Notes under the pieces: generated by a model
What the model was told of the DNA's origin: nothing
Database searches by the model: none
The model's input: the letters and a program-made list of their open reading frames with translations, nothing else
From: Laetmonice hystrix
Lineage: Eukaryota
Reading direction: 5' to 3'
Assembly (NCBI GenBank): GCA_965235115.1
Contig: OZ249436.1
Location: 7,876,001 to 7,940,000, forward strand
DNA length: 64,000 bases
Part shown: one piece after another, positions 1 to 13,766 of the stretch
Position numbering within the stretch: position 1 is the first letter of the stretch
Layout: every line of letters begins with the position of its first letter
Translations under genes and position numbers: made by a program

Positions 1-443
1 TTTCTATAGATGTTGTCCTAAGTGATGAAGCCTTTTTTTAGATCAAACAAAGGCGGTTGAAACACACGGGAAGGGCGGGGGGGGGGGGGGGTCTGGGGTC
101 TTCACGCTGGAGTTCTCAGTTCGCAATCCATGTTAAAGACATCCAATGGTTAATATATTTTAGTAAAGACTTAAATCTTAAGGATTAAATGTTGCTGCCA
201 TCATGGCAGATTCATATAGCAGCAAGTCATTCTGTGGATGATAATTTTCCTTACTCAGAAATAAACGTAGACATAGATTATTTACCAGCTCTGTGTATGA
301 TACAGACTGTACACAATATCTTAGTGTAAAGAAACGGTGAAAGTCACTTTCTGACATCTCCTGTGTTGTTGTTGGGCCTCTCGTCTGTCGTGAAGTGATA
401 CGTGTTGGCAAAAAAGATCGTTTGTATTTGTGTCCATCTATAG

Positions 444-484
444 AACTGATTGTTGAGTTTTGCTTTCTGTTTTAACAGGTAAGT
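444..484 (+). other. Putative recursive splice site (branch point, polypyrimidine tract, CAG|GTAAGT)
   Basis: actgat (branch-like, ~445-450), then ttttgctttctgttttaacAG (477-478) immediately followed by the consensus donor GTAAGT (479-484). A second donor CAG|GTAGGA follows at 523. Confidence 0.6.
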
Positions 485-556
485 TTCCAGAATCGTGTGA
501 CCTTAGAAAGCGGATCTAACAGGTAGGATCGGGTTCTGTCTTAGTGTCACGATATA

Positions 557-784
557 CAGTATGTCCAAAAAAAATGATAGTCGAACTTTAGGTGTGCAAT
601 ACACTTAGATATTTTAGAGGATTGTCGAATTTTGAATTTTGAAGTTTAAGTTGAACATAAAGTTTGATCCCCCTAGATAACTCTCAGCAAGTTTGGTGTT
701 GACAGGGTCACGCATTACTGATCACAACCAGTATCTCTTTTTGACAATGGAACACAGACTATAATTTTTGGGGGGGACATACTG
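557..784. mobile_element. Tc1/mariner-type MITE
   Basis: TIRs CAGTATGTCC(aaaaaaaatgatagtc) and (gactataatttttggggg)GGACATACTG, flanked by TA on both sides (555-556, 785-786). Confidence 0.75.
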
Positions 785-2835
785 TATGCATAGTGCAAAT
801 TATGTTCTACAGTTTTCTATGCTGAATTGAATTAGTCTGAGAGAAAATAAAATAGATTGACGTTCAGAGGCAGGCTGACCTGTCTGAGCTAGTTTAGTTT
901 GACATTATTGGCAGTCATTTGTTGATATAATGAAGTTAGTGTTGCAGCAGGGCGGCTATTTTTGCAGATAGTTTACTTAGCCTGCATGTGTTTGCTGATG
1001 GCTTATGTATACGGACTTGATACATAATTGTCCCTAATGCCTGGTAGAAACACAAGAACATCCAAGTTTGATATCCATGATGTGCCCACAAATACAAGAA
1101 CTCAGATCTTATCCTGCTATATATCTACATTAGATAGATATCTAGACTCCAGAGTAATTGCTCAGGTAATCAGTATATTGTTTGCGGAAAATGAGGAGTA
1201 GGCGAGAGTCTGAGACCTTGTGTTTCTGTGTGTGCCTCCTGTAAATGATATGAAGAGTCAGCCCTAGGGTGAACTGTTGGCGAGGGTGTTATATTGATGG
1301 CGTCCCAGGGTGCCCCATACATATGTTCTGATACTATGTCTAGCGGTTATCGTCCGACAGGATGTAGACAAGATGAAAGAATAATGTCTGTTGGCATTGT
1401 GGTCGACATCCAGAAAATAGGGCATATTTGTGACAGGCTTTGTGCAGTTGTAGCCTAACTCGTGTTTCCCTTATGGTGCCTACAAATATTTGCCAGCCAT
1501 TTGTATTTGTTCTGACAATACCGCTTGCATTAGTCCAGTCACATATTTGTTTTTAATTAAAACCATATCCCCAGCGAGAACTGAACCTGCAATTGGGTCT
1601 TGGATGAAGGCTGAGCACTGTAAGGCACGCCTTCACTGTATTCGTACCCACCCTCGACTGGCATGATTGGCACATGATGATCTCAGCAAGGTGACCAATG
1701 GGAGACAAGCTTACAGACGGCCATGTGGTGGGGGTATAGAGTTGCGCTGCTGAGGAAATCACCGCAAACTTTGTTGATCTTGGCAAGTTTAGGGTGCTTG
1801 ACTCATGCCGGGCTAACAGCCATAGAATACCAGCATCTTGGGGAAAAACGGGCCAGCAGTTATTTTGGAATGCCACAGGTCAGCAGACTTCACAGCTAGT
1901 GTACACACTCCAGAGCCCACTGATTTTAAACAGGGCTCAGTTGGGGCGGTCCGACTGGGGCGGCTGTCAGGACCGACAATCACAGTTATTGGGAGTGAAC
2001 ACTTACAAATGGCCGTGGTGCATGGAAAAAAGCCGGCTCAATGTGTTGGCAAAAGCAGTTAAATATGGCAGGGCAGGGGTGGGGTGGAAGGGGGTGGGTG
2101 GGGGGTAGGATTGGGTGAAAGTTAGCTTTCTGCGTAATGAGCTATTGCTGTGTATGAGAGTTGAGGGTGAATGGGTTAGATTATGTTTGGTGACCCCCGC
2201 CAGCGTCAGTCAGCGGTGTCCGACCAGCCGGCCGTGTCATTAGACCCACCTTCTGATCCTACGTAATGTTTGAAGAAATGAGAGCGGTTCATATGGAGTT
2301 AATATCATGCTTTGTAATCACATATCTGTTGACGCCACCACATGCTGACGGGAATGAGCGCCGCCAGCCCTGGGGCGTCAGGGAGACGACCCTACCCGTA
2401 CTTCATACAACTCCGAGCGCCACGGCGGGTTTCTTGACACCAAATTGGGGCCAGATGGGTCTTGTAGTCGCAAGGTGTTGGGCCTTTGGTGGGCAGGTTA
2501 CTGCAACATGCTGGAGGAATTGCTGGCAGCCTTCACCATGGTTAGGAGATGAGTAACTTCCCCTCGTGTGGTCAACAACACTCAAGTTTTAGACTTCAAG
2601 ACTTAGAGCAAGCCAGGATGGCTCAGTTGACCCGCTTGTTAGACTGTGTTCCTTCTATACGCCGGTTAGAATCCGGACATAGGCCGCCATGAGCAGTCTG
2701 TGCGACCCGGCCGTCAGTGTGGTCTGGAGCACGTAATGGAATGACCCCAAGTACTCCATGATGTCTCCTCATGAGAAGTAGATCTGTTTGGTCCCTCTCA
2801 CCTTCCCTTCCACAATAACTATGACAAAAAACGAA

Positions 2836-4164
2836 AGTAACAGTCGCCCAAATCAAGGCGACAAGTTGAAAGACTGCTAGAAGGAACAGTCACCTAAATC
2901 AAGGAGACATGTTGAAAGACTGCTAGAAGGAACAGTCACCTAAATCAAGGAGACAAGTTGAAAGACTGCTAGAAGTAACAATCACCTAAATCAAGGAGAC
3001 ATGTTGAAAGACTGCTAGAAGGAACAGTCGCCTAAATCAAGGCGACAAGTTGAAAGACTGCTAGAAGTAACAATCACCTAAATCAAGGAGACATGTTGAA
3101 AGACTGCTAGAAGGAACAGTCGCCTAAATCAAGGAGACAAGTTGACAGACTGCTAGAAGTAACAGTCACCTAAATCAAGGAGACAAGTTGAAAGACTGCG
3201 AGAAGTAACAATCACCTAAATCAAGGAGACATGTTGAAAGACTGCGAGAAGTAACAATCACCTAAATCAAGGAGACATGTTGAAAGACTGCGAGAAGTAA
3301 CAATCACCTAAATCAAGGAGACATGTTGAAAGACTGCTAGAAGGAACAGTCACCAAAATCAAGGCGACAAGTTGAAAGACTGCTAGAAAGAACAGTCGCC
3401 TAAAACAAGGAGACAAGTTGACAGACTGCTAGAAGTAACAGTCGCCTAAATCAAGGAGACAAGTTGAAAGACTGCTAGAAGTAACAGTCGCCTAAATCAA
3501 GGAGACAAGTTGAAAGACTGCTAGAAGTAACAGTCACCAAAATCAAGGAGACAAGTTGAAAGACTGCTAGAAGTAACAATCACCTAAATCAAGGCGACAA
3601 GTTGAAAGACTGCTAGAAGGAACAGTCACCTAAATCAAGGAGACATGATGAAAGACTGCTAGAAGGAACAGTCACCTAAATCAAGGAGACATGATGAAAG
3701 ACTGCTAGAAGGAACAGTCACCTAAATCAAGGAGACATGTTGAAAGACTGCTAGAAGGAACAGTCACCTAAATCAAGGAGACATGATGAAAGACTGCTAG
3801 AAGGAACAGTCACCTAAATCAAGGCGACAAGTTGAAAGACTGCTAGAAGTAACAATCACCTAAATCAAGGCGACAAGTTGAAAGACTGCTAGAAGGAACA
3901 GTCACCTAAATCAAGGAGACATGATGAAAGACTGCTAGAAGGAACAGTCACCAAAATCAAGGCGACAAGTTGAAAGACTGCTAGAAGGAACAGTCACCTA
4001 AATCAAGGAGACATGATGAAAGACTGCTAGAAGGAACAGTCACCTAAATCAAGGCGACAAGTTGAAAGACTGCTAGAAGGAACAGTCGCCTAAATCAAGG
4101 AGACAAGTTGAAAGACTGCCAGAAGGAACAGTCACCTAAATCAAAGAGACAAGTTGAAAGACTA
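2836..4164. repeat. 46-bp minisatellite, ~29 copies
   Basis: Unit cacctaaatcaaggagacaagttgaaagactgctagaaggaacagt; period 46 (e.g. 2891, 2937). Confidence 0.97.
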
Positions 4165-6894
4165 AACTAAAGTGGCGACATTAGACGATTTGTGGCACAG
4201 GACCAATCAAATCTGACCGGATCAGTTGTTTCCAAGCACGAGGACAAGAAATAGTCTACATCCTCCTCAGTACGAGGAGAGATAGGATTTTCGGGAAATA
4301 GATTAAATCTCCCGTGCAGAAACTGAACTAAATACGGGTAGTTTCCGAATGGACGTCATCAACTTATTGAGCAGGAAATCCCACTCCTCCTATCTGTCAT
4401 CATTTAGTCAATTCTGTGTTAGTTATAACTGCAATGCAAAGATAATTTGTCATGATGTATCATGCCTAATACAGTTAGTCATAGACCTTGTAAATTTATC
4501 TGCAAGTTATAAAAACAGCGGAAGACCCCAAAAAAGTAGTGATTGATTATTACAGTCCAAATAATGAGGGATATTCCGTGTCATGCACGCAAAGAAATTA
4601 TTCCATAATTAGTCACATGAATTAGTTGGTGCTTTATCTGAACGACCATCACTGAGATGCACCAAACTTATACAAGAAGTTGTCTGTTGGCAAAACCGCA
4701 TAATTGTGAGTGATAATGTCAGAAAACTGAAGCGAATCTGGCATTTGGTGGTATTAAAATGATGACTAGAGTACCGATGTGAACAGAGTTTGTTTGTGAC
4801 GGCTAGATACTTATGACCAGATGACCCTGCCTGGTTTGTAGGTTCAAAGACCTGCAGATCATAGCGGCCCATCGGCACTTTGATTGATAAACTGCTGTCA
4901 ACTTTGAGAGGTTTGTAGCAAGTTTGTTTATTTATCCTGAGTGAAGAGGTATGCATAATGGAGTGGGCAGATGTGGCAAGTTTCACAGCCAGCCATTTGC
5001 ACTTCTGTAGTTTAAACATGCTTGGATTGAGAAATGGTTTCCAGCGAACTGGTCGACAAAGATGAGGCTCAAACTGCACTGGTACAGGCACCCAGTTGTC
5101 AGCCCACCCAGTGGAGCCAAGCGCTCCTCATAAATGTCAGCAAAAATATATTCAAAAAAAGGCCCTTCAAAAAAAACGGAAAGTTCATTTCCTTTTCAAA
5201 GGTTTTCATCAGATTCGCTGCAGGAGGAAAAAAACGCCTATTTATGTCTCTGCACCACGATTAAAGTTGTAAACAGGTCTACTGCGTTTAGTTAACAGGA
5301 AAAAGATCAAATAAATATGACTCAGCTTTTTTTGTTTTGATGCCAGCCTAAGAAAAAAAGGGTGGTATTTTGTTTGATAGGATTGTGTGTCTGGAGGAGG
5401 ATGTGAATTTACATTAAGAGTTGCTCGCATCCTTGTGGGTCGGTCGTGATTGCCGACTCCATCTGCCACTTGTGGTGCTGATATATTTGTGTAGAAAGGA
5501 CTCAAGGGGGCGCTGGCAGTGGGCTCGTCATTGGACACCATGGGAACTGACACTCGAGAGGGGACCATGTGCGGAAAGACAGGCGCGCATGTGCAAGAAA
5601 CCACAGTTGTGCCCACTGTGCTGTGGCGGGTGGGCTTCTGCCTCGTCAGACAGGGCCGCCATTGAATCCCAACTGTCCCCCGAATAAATAATAGGTTCTA
5701 ATTCTGTGTTCAGACATAACAGTTGTTTAAACACAGCTTTGGTCCCAAGAACTATTGAAGAAAGTTCAAAACAGAGTAGGCGTCTTAACATCCCGACGCG
5801 CTTCTTCAAGTGGTTTCATATCAGTTTTGATGTTTCTCTGGGACAAGAATGGATCCTCTTTCCTTCCTATGTCAAGATATTCTGATGAATTATAACGAGA
5901 TGATTTTTGAAAAGGTAGTGGTCCTAAAGTGATTTTATTTCATTTAGTTGAGTCAGTCAGTGCAAAAGTTTGATCCCCCTGGAGATGGCAGACTGACAAG
6001 TATATTGTTGTGATTAGAGACCGACTTAGAAATCGTCCCCTTCTCCTGTTGTAGCCTCGATACCAATACTTACCGTTTATAAACCTTTTGTTTGTGTGTA
6101 TGTTTGACTTTATCTTCCTGTCAGCTTACTTAGCAAATACCAGAATATCTTACAATGTCCTTTTATGGTGTCCGAGATATGTGAACAGATTTGGATTCCT
6201 TTGGTGATTTGTCTGATTCGTTCTCTTCACACGAGTGCTCTACTTGAAGCTTACCTATAGTTATCGTGTTAAATATGTACACTAGTGCAGTATATTGTTA
6301 TGACATAAATGAAAACAGAATTCCAGACATTGTCAGTGAATATAGGTCATGAGGATGGGAAACTGGGTCACCGATTTGATATTCGGGAAGGATTTAATCC
6401 TTAGGTTTGTTACCAGGAGGTTAATGATCCGTCTGGGTCGATGTCCGCGAGGAGTGTGGCTAGGGAGGGTTGTGTTTCCACCTGTAACTGATACTCGCCA
6501 CCCGGTTGTGGCGTACCAGTGCTGATTACCTAACTTAGGTCCCATGTGTCATGCTCCACATGTCCTTTAGTGGCTTTTGTGGTGGCGTGACATACCGGAA
6601 CGTGTCGGATGAGGGCGGTCCGAGTGGAGATCCCGGTGTGCCGGGGCTCCCCGCGCCCCCGGCCTCCCGGCCTGGACGGCCACGCTGCTGACTAACACAT
6701 ACTTACTGACCGCAGTGAAGTCACCAGACCACCCGCCAGTCGGCCCGTCACGTGTTTACTAAACCATGGAGAAATGGTTGTGGTTTCGTGACAACAGATC
6801 CGGTCACCACGACAGGATCAGGATAACTTGTGTACTATTCTACGGGATGTCCTGTCCCAGACCGCTGGTCCCTCCACCCCACCGCTCTCCCCAC

Positions 6895-8310
6895 CCTGCC
6901 CAAGATAACTCCCTCTCTGAGATAACTCATCCTCCCTCCCTGAGATAACCAAACCTCCCTCACCGAGATAACTCATCCTCCCTCCCTGAGATAACCAAAC
7001 CTCCCTCACCGAGATAACTCATCCGCCCTCTCTGAGATAACCAAACCTCCCTCCCTGAGATAACTCGCCCTCCCTCCGTGAGATAACTCGTCCTCCCTCC
7101 CTGCGATAACTCGTCCTCCCTCCCTGAGATAACCAAACCTCCCTCCATGAGATAACCAAACCTCCCTCACCGAGATAACTCATCCTCCCTCCCTGAGATA
7201 ACCAAACCTCCCTCCCTGAGATAACCAAACCTCCCTCCCCGAGATAACTCACCCTCCCTCCCTGAGATAACCAAACCTCCCTCCCTGAGATAACTCAACC
7301 TCCCTCACCGAGATAACTCGTCCTCCCTCCCTGAGATAACTCGTCCTCCCTCCCTGAGATAACTAAACCTCCCTCCCGAGATAACTCGTCCTCCCTCCCT
7401 GAGATAACTCGTCCTCCCTCCCTGAGATAACCAAACCTCCCTCCCCGAGATAACTCGTCCTCCCTCCCTGAGATAACTAAACCTCCCTCCCTGAGATAAC
7501 CAACAAACCTCCCTCCCTGAGATAACTCGTCCTCCCTCCCTGAGATAACCAAACCGCCCTCCCCGAGATAACTCGTCCTCCCTCCCTGAGATAACCAAAC
7601 CTCCCTCCCTGAGATAACTCGTCCTCCCACCCTGAGATAACTCGTCCTTCCTCCCTGAGATAACCAAACCTCCCTCCCTGAGATAACTCGTCCTCCCACC
7701 CCGAGATAACTCGTCCTCCCTCCCTGAGATAACCAAATCTCCCTCCCTGAGATAACTAAACCTCCCTCCCTGAGATAACCAACAAACCTCCCTCCCTGAG
7801 ATAACTCGTCCTCCCTCCCTGAGATAACCAAACCTCCCTCCCTGAGATAACTCATCCTGCCTCCCCAAGATAACTCACCCTCCCTCCCTGAGATAACTCG
7901 TCCTCCTTCCCTGAGATAACTCGTCCTCCCTCCCTGAGATAACCAAACCTCCCTCCCCGAGATAACTCGTCCTCCCTCCCTGAGATAACTCATCCTCCCT
8001 CCTTGAGATAACTCGTCCTCCCTCCCTGAGATAACTCGTCCTCCCGCCCTGAGATAACCAAACCTCCCTCCCTGAGATAACTCGTCATCTCTCCCTGAGA
8101 TAACTCTTCCTCCCTCCCTGAGATAACTCATCCTCCCTCCCTGAGATAACCAAACCTCCCTCCCTGAGATAACTCATCCTGCCTCCCCAAGATAACTCAC
8201 CCTCCCTCCCTGAGATAACTCGTCCTCCCTCCCTGAGATAACTCCTCCCTCCCTGAGATAACCAAACCTCCCTCCCCGAGATAACCCATCCTCCCTCTCT
8301 GAGACTGAGA
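6895..8310. repeat. 23-bp C-rich minisatellite, ~60 copies, two interspersed variants; degenerate tail to ~8640
   Basis: Units gagataactcgtcctccctccct and gagataaccaaacctccctccct. This array generates the repetitive minus-strand ORFs at 6818-8131. Confidence 0.97.
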
Positions 8311-11300
8311 TAATTACCGACTCAAAGGTAACTCAACCTCCGTCCTCGGTATACTCGTACTCCCTTTCTGCGATAATTACCTCTCCAAGAGATAACGCAT
8401 GCCCCAAGGTAGCCCAACCTCCCTCCCCGAGATAACTCATCTTCCCGTCCTGCGATATTAACCACTCCAAGATATAATACAATCTTCTATACATGTATAC
8501 CCGAGGTACCTTTTTTTCTTGCAGCCCGTTCTTACCCAAAGACATCCCCAATCTTCCGTGGAGATAAACTCGCCTCTAAGAGATAACTCAACCTCCCTGC
8601 AGAGATAAGCCAGCCCCGTAGAGATAGATTACCCCTCCCCCCATTGTAACGGATGGTGGCGGAAGAGATCCCGGGTGGCCTGAACCCCCCTAACCCCATG
8701 ATAGTCCTGAGGTGGTTTTTGGCGAGGTTTTCTGTTCGAGCCGAGCCCCTGACGTTTGTTAATGATATCAAGTTTCCGAGGTTATGTATTATCTAACAAT
8801 GAATGTCGGTTTGCGTCACAACAGCCCCAGTTGGGGTGAAATGTATGTATACAGTTCACCCCCAAAGGGGGGTAGGGTTGACCTGGAAGGTTGTGTACAC
8901 ATCAGGGGGCCGCATGTACTGCGTGGCAATCAGACGTGATCTTTTGATGTACGTTGATATCTTTTCCTTTCCTTTTTATATCGCCTTTTGATACCTTTGC
9001 CATAAACGAAGGTGAACCCCCTCAAATTGTTTTGTTGAGGCCAGGAATGGTTTATACCAGGAGATGACTGGCGCTAGATATTCTTGAAAAACTGAAGTAA
9101 AAAGTACTAAATGTGTATATAAACCGGGAGTTCAAGCAGGTTAACAGATCCTGGTTTACCACGGAAATATTTGAAAACTGACCGAAGCTGGCCGAGTGCC
9201 AGGGTTGGAGGGGACCTGGTCAAGGCAATGACGTCCGTAGACAGTGTGAATACTGGAATCCTTGTGTCGTATCCTCTGGGTACCAACCTCAGAAACCACA
9301 GGGGCTGGTCGGTGGGGAGGGGGGGGGGGGGCTCTGTGTGGTGTAGTGACTCAGTGATCAACACCACTCAAAGTGAAAGGCCTTGATTTAACACTGGCAG
9401 ACACACTGAATCATAGCACCCGCAAAAACCACAAAGACCAGCAAATAACCGAAAGGGAACCTTGGAAATCTTCTACCTATTGTAATACCGACTGTTGTGT
9501 TTGCCAGCGAGGAAAAAAGAGGAATGAAAGAAATAGAAAAAAAGAAACTTTTGCGTCGCCCACAGAAAAGCTGCTCGTAATAAAACACCCTGATGACCTC
9601 TCATGCTTGTCTGTCATGAGGAGCCTGTGGGTAGTTTGAAGTCGAGGTGTCATCGTGATCATTTGTCAGGCGGGACTGGAGAGGAGTTGTCATCGGTGGA
9701 GCAGGGACGCGGTGACGGACATGCGCCGCGCCACTGACACCAGGGGGCGCTGAGAGACGCTGACAGCTCCCCTCAAACGTCCAAAGTCGTCTGCTGGCAG
9801 CGCGGCGGGCCGTGTTTAGATCCAGTTTAAAATTAACACGTATAGACTTAATCCGAAATGTCCGGTTTGCTTTTGTAGTTTGAATGCTTTGTATCCTTGA
9901 GGTTATGTACTGAGCAAGGCCAGACGTTTGCCATTGGCTTTGTTATGTCTGGGAGCGCTTAAAGGACAGCGTTCATACACCTCGAGGTACAAGCTCCAAC
10001 GCTGCATTAGCGTCAAAAAGACATGGCTGTCATACAAGAAGAAATCGCGGGATTTATTCTATCCGTAAGCGAAAATGTCATGTCAGTCTGTTTGCCTAGA
10101 TAGAGCTTAGCTTCCTGCCATAATGTTTTTGTAAATTATAATGATGGCAAGTTGAAGTTGAGAAAGTGGTGTTGCTCTGTACTTAGAGATGTGTGAGGTC
10201 TTTCACTGCTACCCATATACATTGTGTACTGTGGTGGCAGGTCAGATTTAGCCTGTGAAGGGGTCGGCAGTCAAGGTCGTTTATAGCGGCACCTGGACTG
10301 ACATCAAGGCGACATGTGGTAAGGGACAATGGAGCAGTGTAACAATCTGTTACACACACCCGGTCTGTCGGTCACTCACACAGCTCAGTGCTGGGTGTAT
10401 GGTTCTGTGTATATCCTGTACTAGGCCGACCAGATTACAACGCCTTGCTCCAGAGATCGGAAAGGGAGAGCGATTTTTGTGGGACGTGTTTGTCATCGCA
10501 GTTGGGGCAGTGGTCTATGGCAGGGGTTTCACGGTTCCAAAGACAACAACGATGTCCCCTATCAGGGGCGCCCACCCACGTACATACCGGTGGAGGTGAG
10601 GACGGAGGGCTCACATTTGGTGTTGCTAGGGGAGGTGGGGGTGTGATCCACAGGGGGCGGGGCCTCTGGCTGGCCACGCCCATAGCCTGTGTAATTAGTC
10701 AGTTGATTCCACCAATGATCTGGTATGACAGGGCGTATATGATGACGTAGAAACCGTCAAGTTGACCTGTTGACCTGACCAGCAGGAACCCAGGACGCGT
10801 GACTATGATACTGTGTGCACACGGATACTGAGATATCGCCTCACCACATCACCATCTGAACTAACCAGCGTAATTACGTCTGACCTTTAGAGTAAGCAAA
10901 GTGAAACTAGTCTGCTGGCCTAGTCTGCAGGGTCAGTCTGCTCCGGTAGAGTGAAATTATACCCATTGTACAGCAGACTATAAAAATAGTTGCTACATCT
11001 TACTGAAATAGCTTATAGTTCAATATAAATTCATATACTTAATTCATTATTCTTAGACTCTTTAAATGCCCCCCCCCCCAATTTTTTCTTTTTTTAAATG
11101 TTCATGTTTGATAAATTAACCCAATCTAGTATATTTTGGAGAAATCAACCAGTACCAGTAGAGCAGAACGTCACCCTTTGGACGAATCCTTATATGGACA
11201 ATTGAATTTTAAAAGTCGAGTCGTATTTCTTCTGAGAACAATGGCCTCTTTCACCGACCATCGTAACGAATTGTGCCGTCGTCAATCCCAGTGGCTGTGG

Positions 11301-13766
11301 GGACGGATCTTGAGTGGGAATACAAAGAAGTAAGTGTGAATGTACTGTTTGAATGGAAAGTAATTGTCAGTAAGTGGATTGTGAGAAAGTATTTAATTAC
11401 TTGGCTTGGTTGGCGGTATCTTGACAGACCTTAGCCACGGGTGCACTCATCACCAAGTCAGCGTCTGTTGACAGCGTCATTGTTTATGTAAATCGTTGTC
11501 AAGGAAGGGTTTATGTTCGGAGCTCTGGGTTGTCTCTCAGCTCGCACTCAAGGAGCTGGGTTGAGTTGTTTGTCCGGAAGCGGATGTTATCATCAACCAA
11601 TCAGAGAACAGCCTCGTTTCCATCAGCAGCTGGTCCTGATGTTTTCATCAATCCTGTAGAAAAATTGCCTCTCCTGGAAGTGTACTGTATGAACAACAAT
11701 GACAGCAGAGAAGGCAAACTGATGGGTAATGGCAGATGTGACTCTAGCATCGAGGAAAGGGAGGGAGTTAGGGATGATGGGCGTGGGCGTCGACAATACA
11801 TTTGGAACTGAAACATCAAGTGGGATGGTGGGGTGGGATAAGAGTGTGGAAAGAAACCCCACAGATAGGGGTAGTAAGGGGACGGCCCTTCCACAGGGGT
11901 CAGAGGTCAGGCTGGCCTAGAGACTGCTGAATGATGTATCACAGCTTTCATGTATAACACACTAAAACCATGGGCACTTTGATAGGCACTTTAGCATAAA
12001 ATATTACCCGAATTCAAGGACAAGGTTGAAGGTCCAATAACTTCGTTCAACGTTTTCATAGCTTTTTAGTGTACAATATTGTGGACTCAGTTATTTCTGT
12101 ATATTTCCCAACTTCACCGTTTGACATGTGTATTGCCATGGTTATATTTTTTCTCAGCATTCTTACGGCTAGAAACGCTCTAAATATGCGCTGACAAGCC
12201 GTTGTTGCCTAGTCCACGTACTTGACCATGCAAGGGCCTGGGGTTGGTAGTGAGAGGGTGCTCAACCTGAATGGAACCCCTGTGTACTCGCCCCTCAGCC
12301 CCACTCAGGGTCTGCAGAGAGTTGTAAATCACCATGTCACTGTTAACCCGGCAACCTCTGAAAAAAACTGAGTGCTGTAATAATAGTAGTGACATCAAAC
12401 AGGCAACCGGACGGTCGGTCGGTCGGTCGGCTTTAGTGGGGAAAGATCCCATGTATTATAAGTGATCATGCTATCACTATTCATGCAGTGTTTTAGCCAA
12501 TTGGTTTTCCCAACCCATACCACCATTTCGTCCCTCACTCGCAGCCCTAAACGATCCCCCCCCCCCCAAATAAAGATGAAAAAGACATAAAAGAGTTCTC
12601 TAGCTTTATTGTTTATTCTGAATACAATTTCTTTTCATCACATTTATCTAAAAATCAGTGTGACTCATTGTGCGGAAGTTAACTATAGAGGCACTCAAAT
12701 TTTTCATTTTCGTAGGAAGTAATGACTCCTTGCGCCAAAAATAACCATATCAATGTAAATTGTGGTAAAGACAGTGATAAAGTCGGACCTGATAGTATCT
12801 CTTGATTGTCTTTATTGATATAGCTACTGAAATAAGAAAAGGTAAGGAAACCATACCGCAAGAATCGTAACATGCTTTTTAGCCTCTTTGATCTGCTTTA
12901 TAATGTTAAACAAAAGTGCAGCATGAAGTGTGCTTTCGTCTACGATAAATCTTTAAAACCGTAATTTACCAATATGGATGACGCATTTTTTACTCAGACA
13001 TGGATGTATGGAGCTCCCGCCAGGTGGCGGTAGTTTAGACCCCTAAGTTAGTAGAGTTGTGGTCACGTGATTTATCCGGCAGGGATAAGGAACGTCAGCA
13101 GTGCCAGCTCAGGGTTGAACGATGTAACCAGATGATGACAAACTAACATGGTAAATAGCCACCCATCTCAGGGCACAGGTCCATCCGAGCATGTGTAGAT
13201 TATAATGTGACTGGCCGTGTCCTGTCAGCTATCATTATGAACAAGTTCCTTTAATACAAGTTGAGGCAGGGGGTGGGGTGGTATTACCGCGTCCCTCAAA
13301 CAGATGCCTACCTCCAGATGTTACAGGTAGACGCCAGTAACCTTACACCCTGGCCGGGAGGGTGTTAGGGGTGGGGTTGGGTTGGTGGAATCCTGCTGTA
13401 AACTACACACATCTCATACATGGCCCTAACTCATAATGGGTTGCAAATGACAAAGATGGCTCTGGAGCACGTCGTCAGCGTAAATCACGGCGGGGAGCGC
13501 CCCCTGGTGGAGTGGAGGTGTGAAATGGTGAGAGGTTGTAAATAAAGCCACCACTCCGGGGTTGAGTGTTGGCTGGCGGTGGCTCAACGATTAGCACTCA
13601 GCCCGACCCACCTGGCTCTGGTTTATGATCATCCTCCATGGTGGGTACATACAACATGATAAGATCATGGTCTTGGCCTGCCGGGAAGGAAGAGAAGGGA
13701 TAGGGCGGTTTACATCATGTCTTATGTCCGTGAGCTGCATATGTATGGTATTTGGGACCCATGAAC

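Noticed and set aside
1621..1640. miR-124-like TAAGGCACGC
   Set aside because: Only the first 10 nt match; the rest diverges and there is no pre-miRNA-length hairpin.
2836..4164. CRISPR-like array (also considered for 13767-14260, 45196-46325 and 59728-60139)
   Set aside because: Units are contiguous with no unique spacers, there are no cas genes, and the context is spliceosomal and eukaryotic.
6818..8131. Repetitive G/R-rich minus-strand ORFs
   Set aside because: Products of the 23-bp minisatellite cycling through frames.
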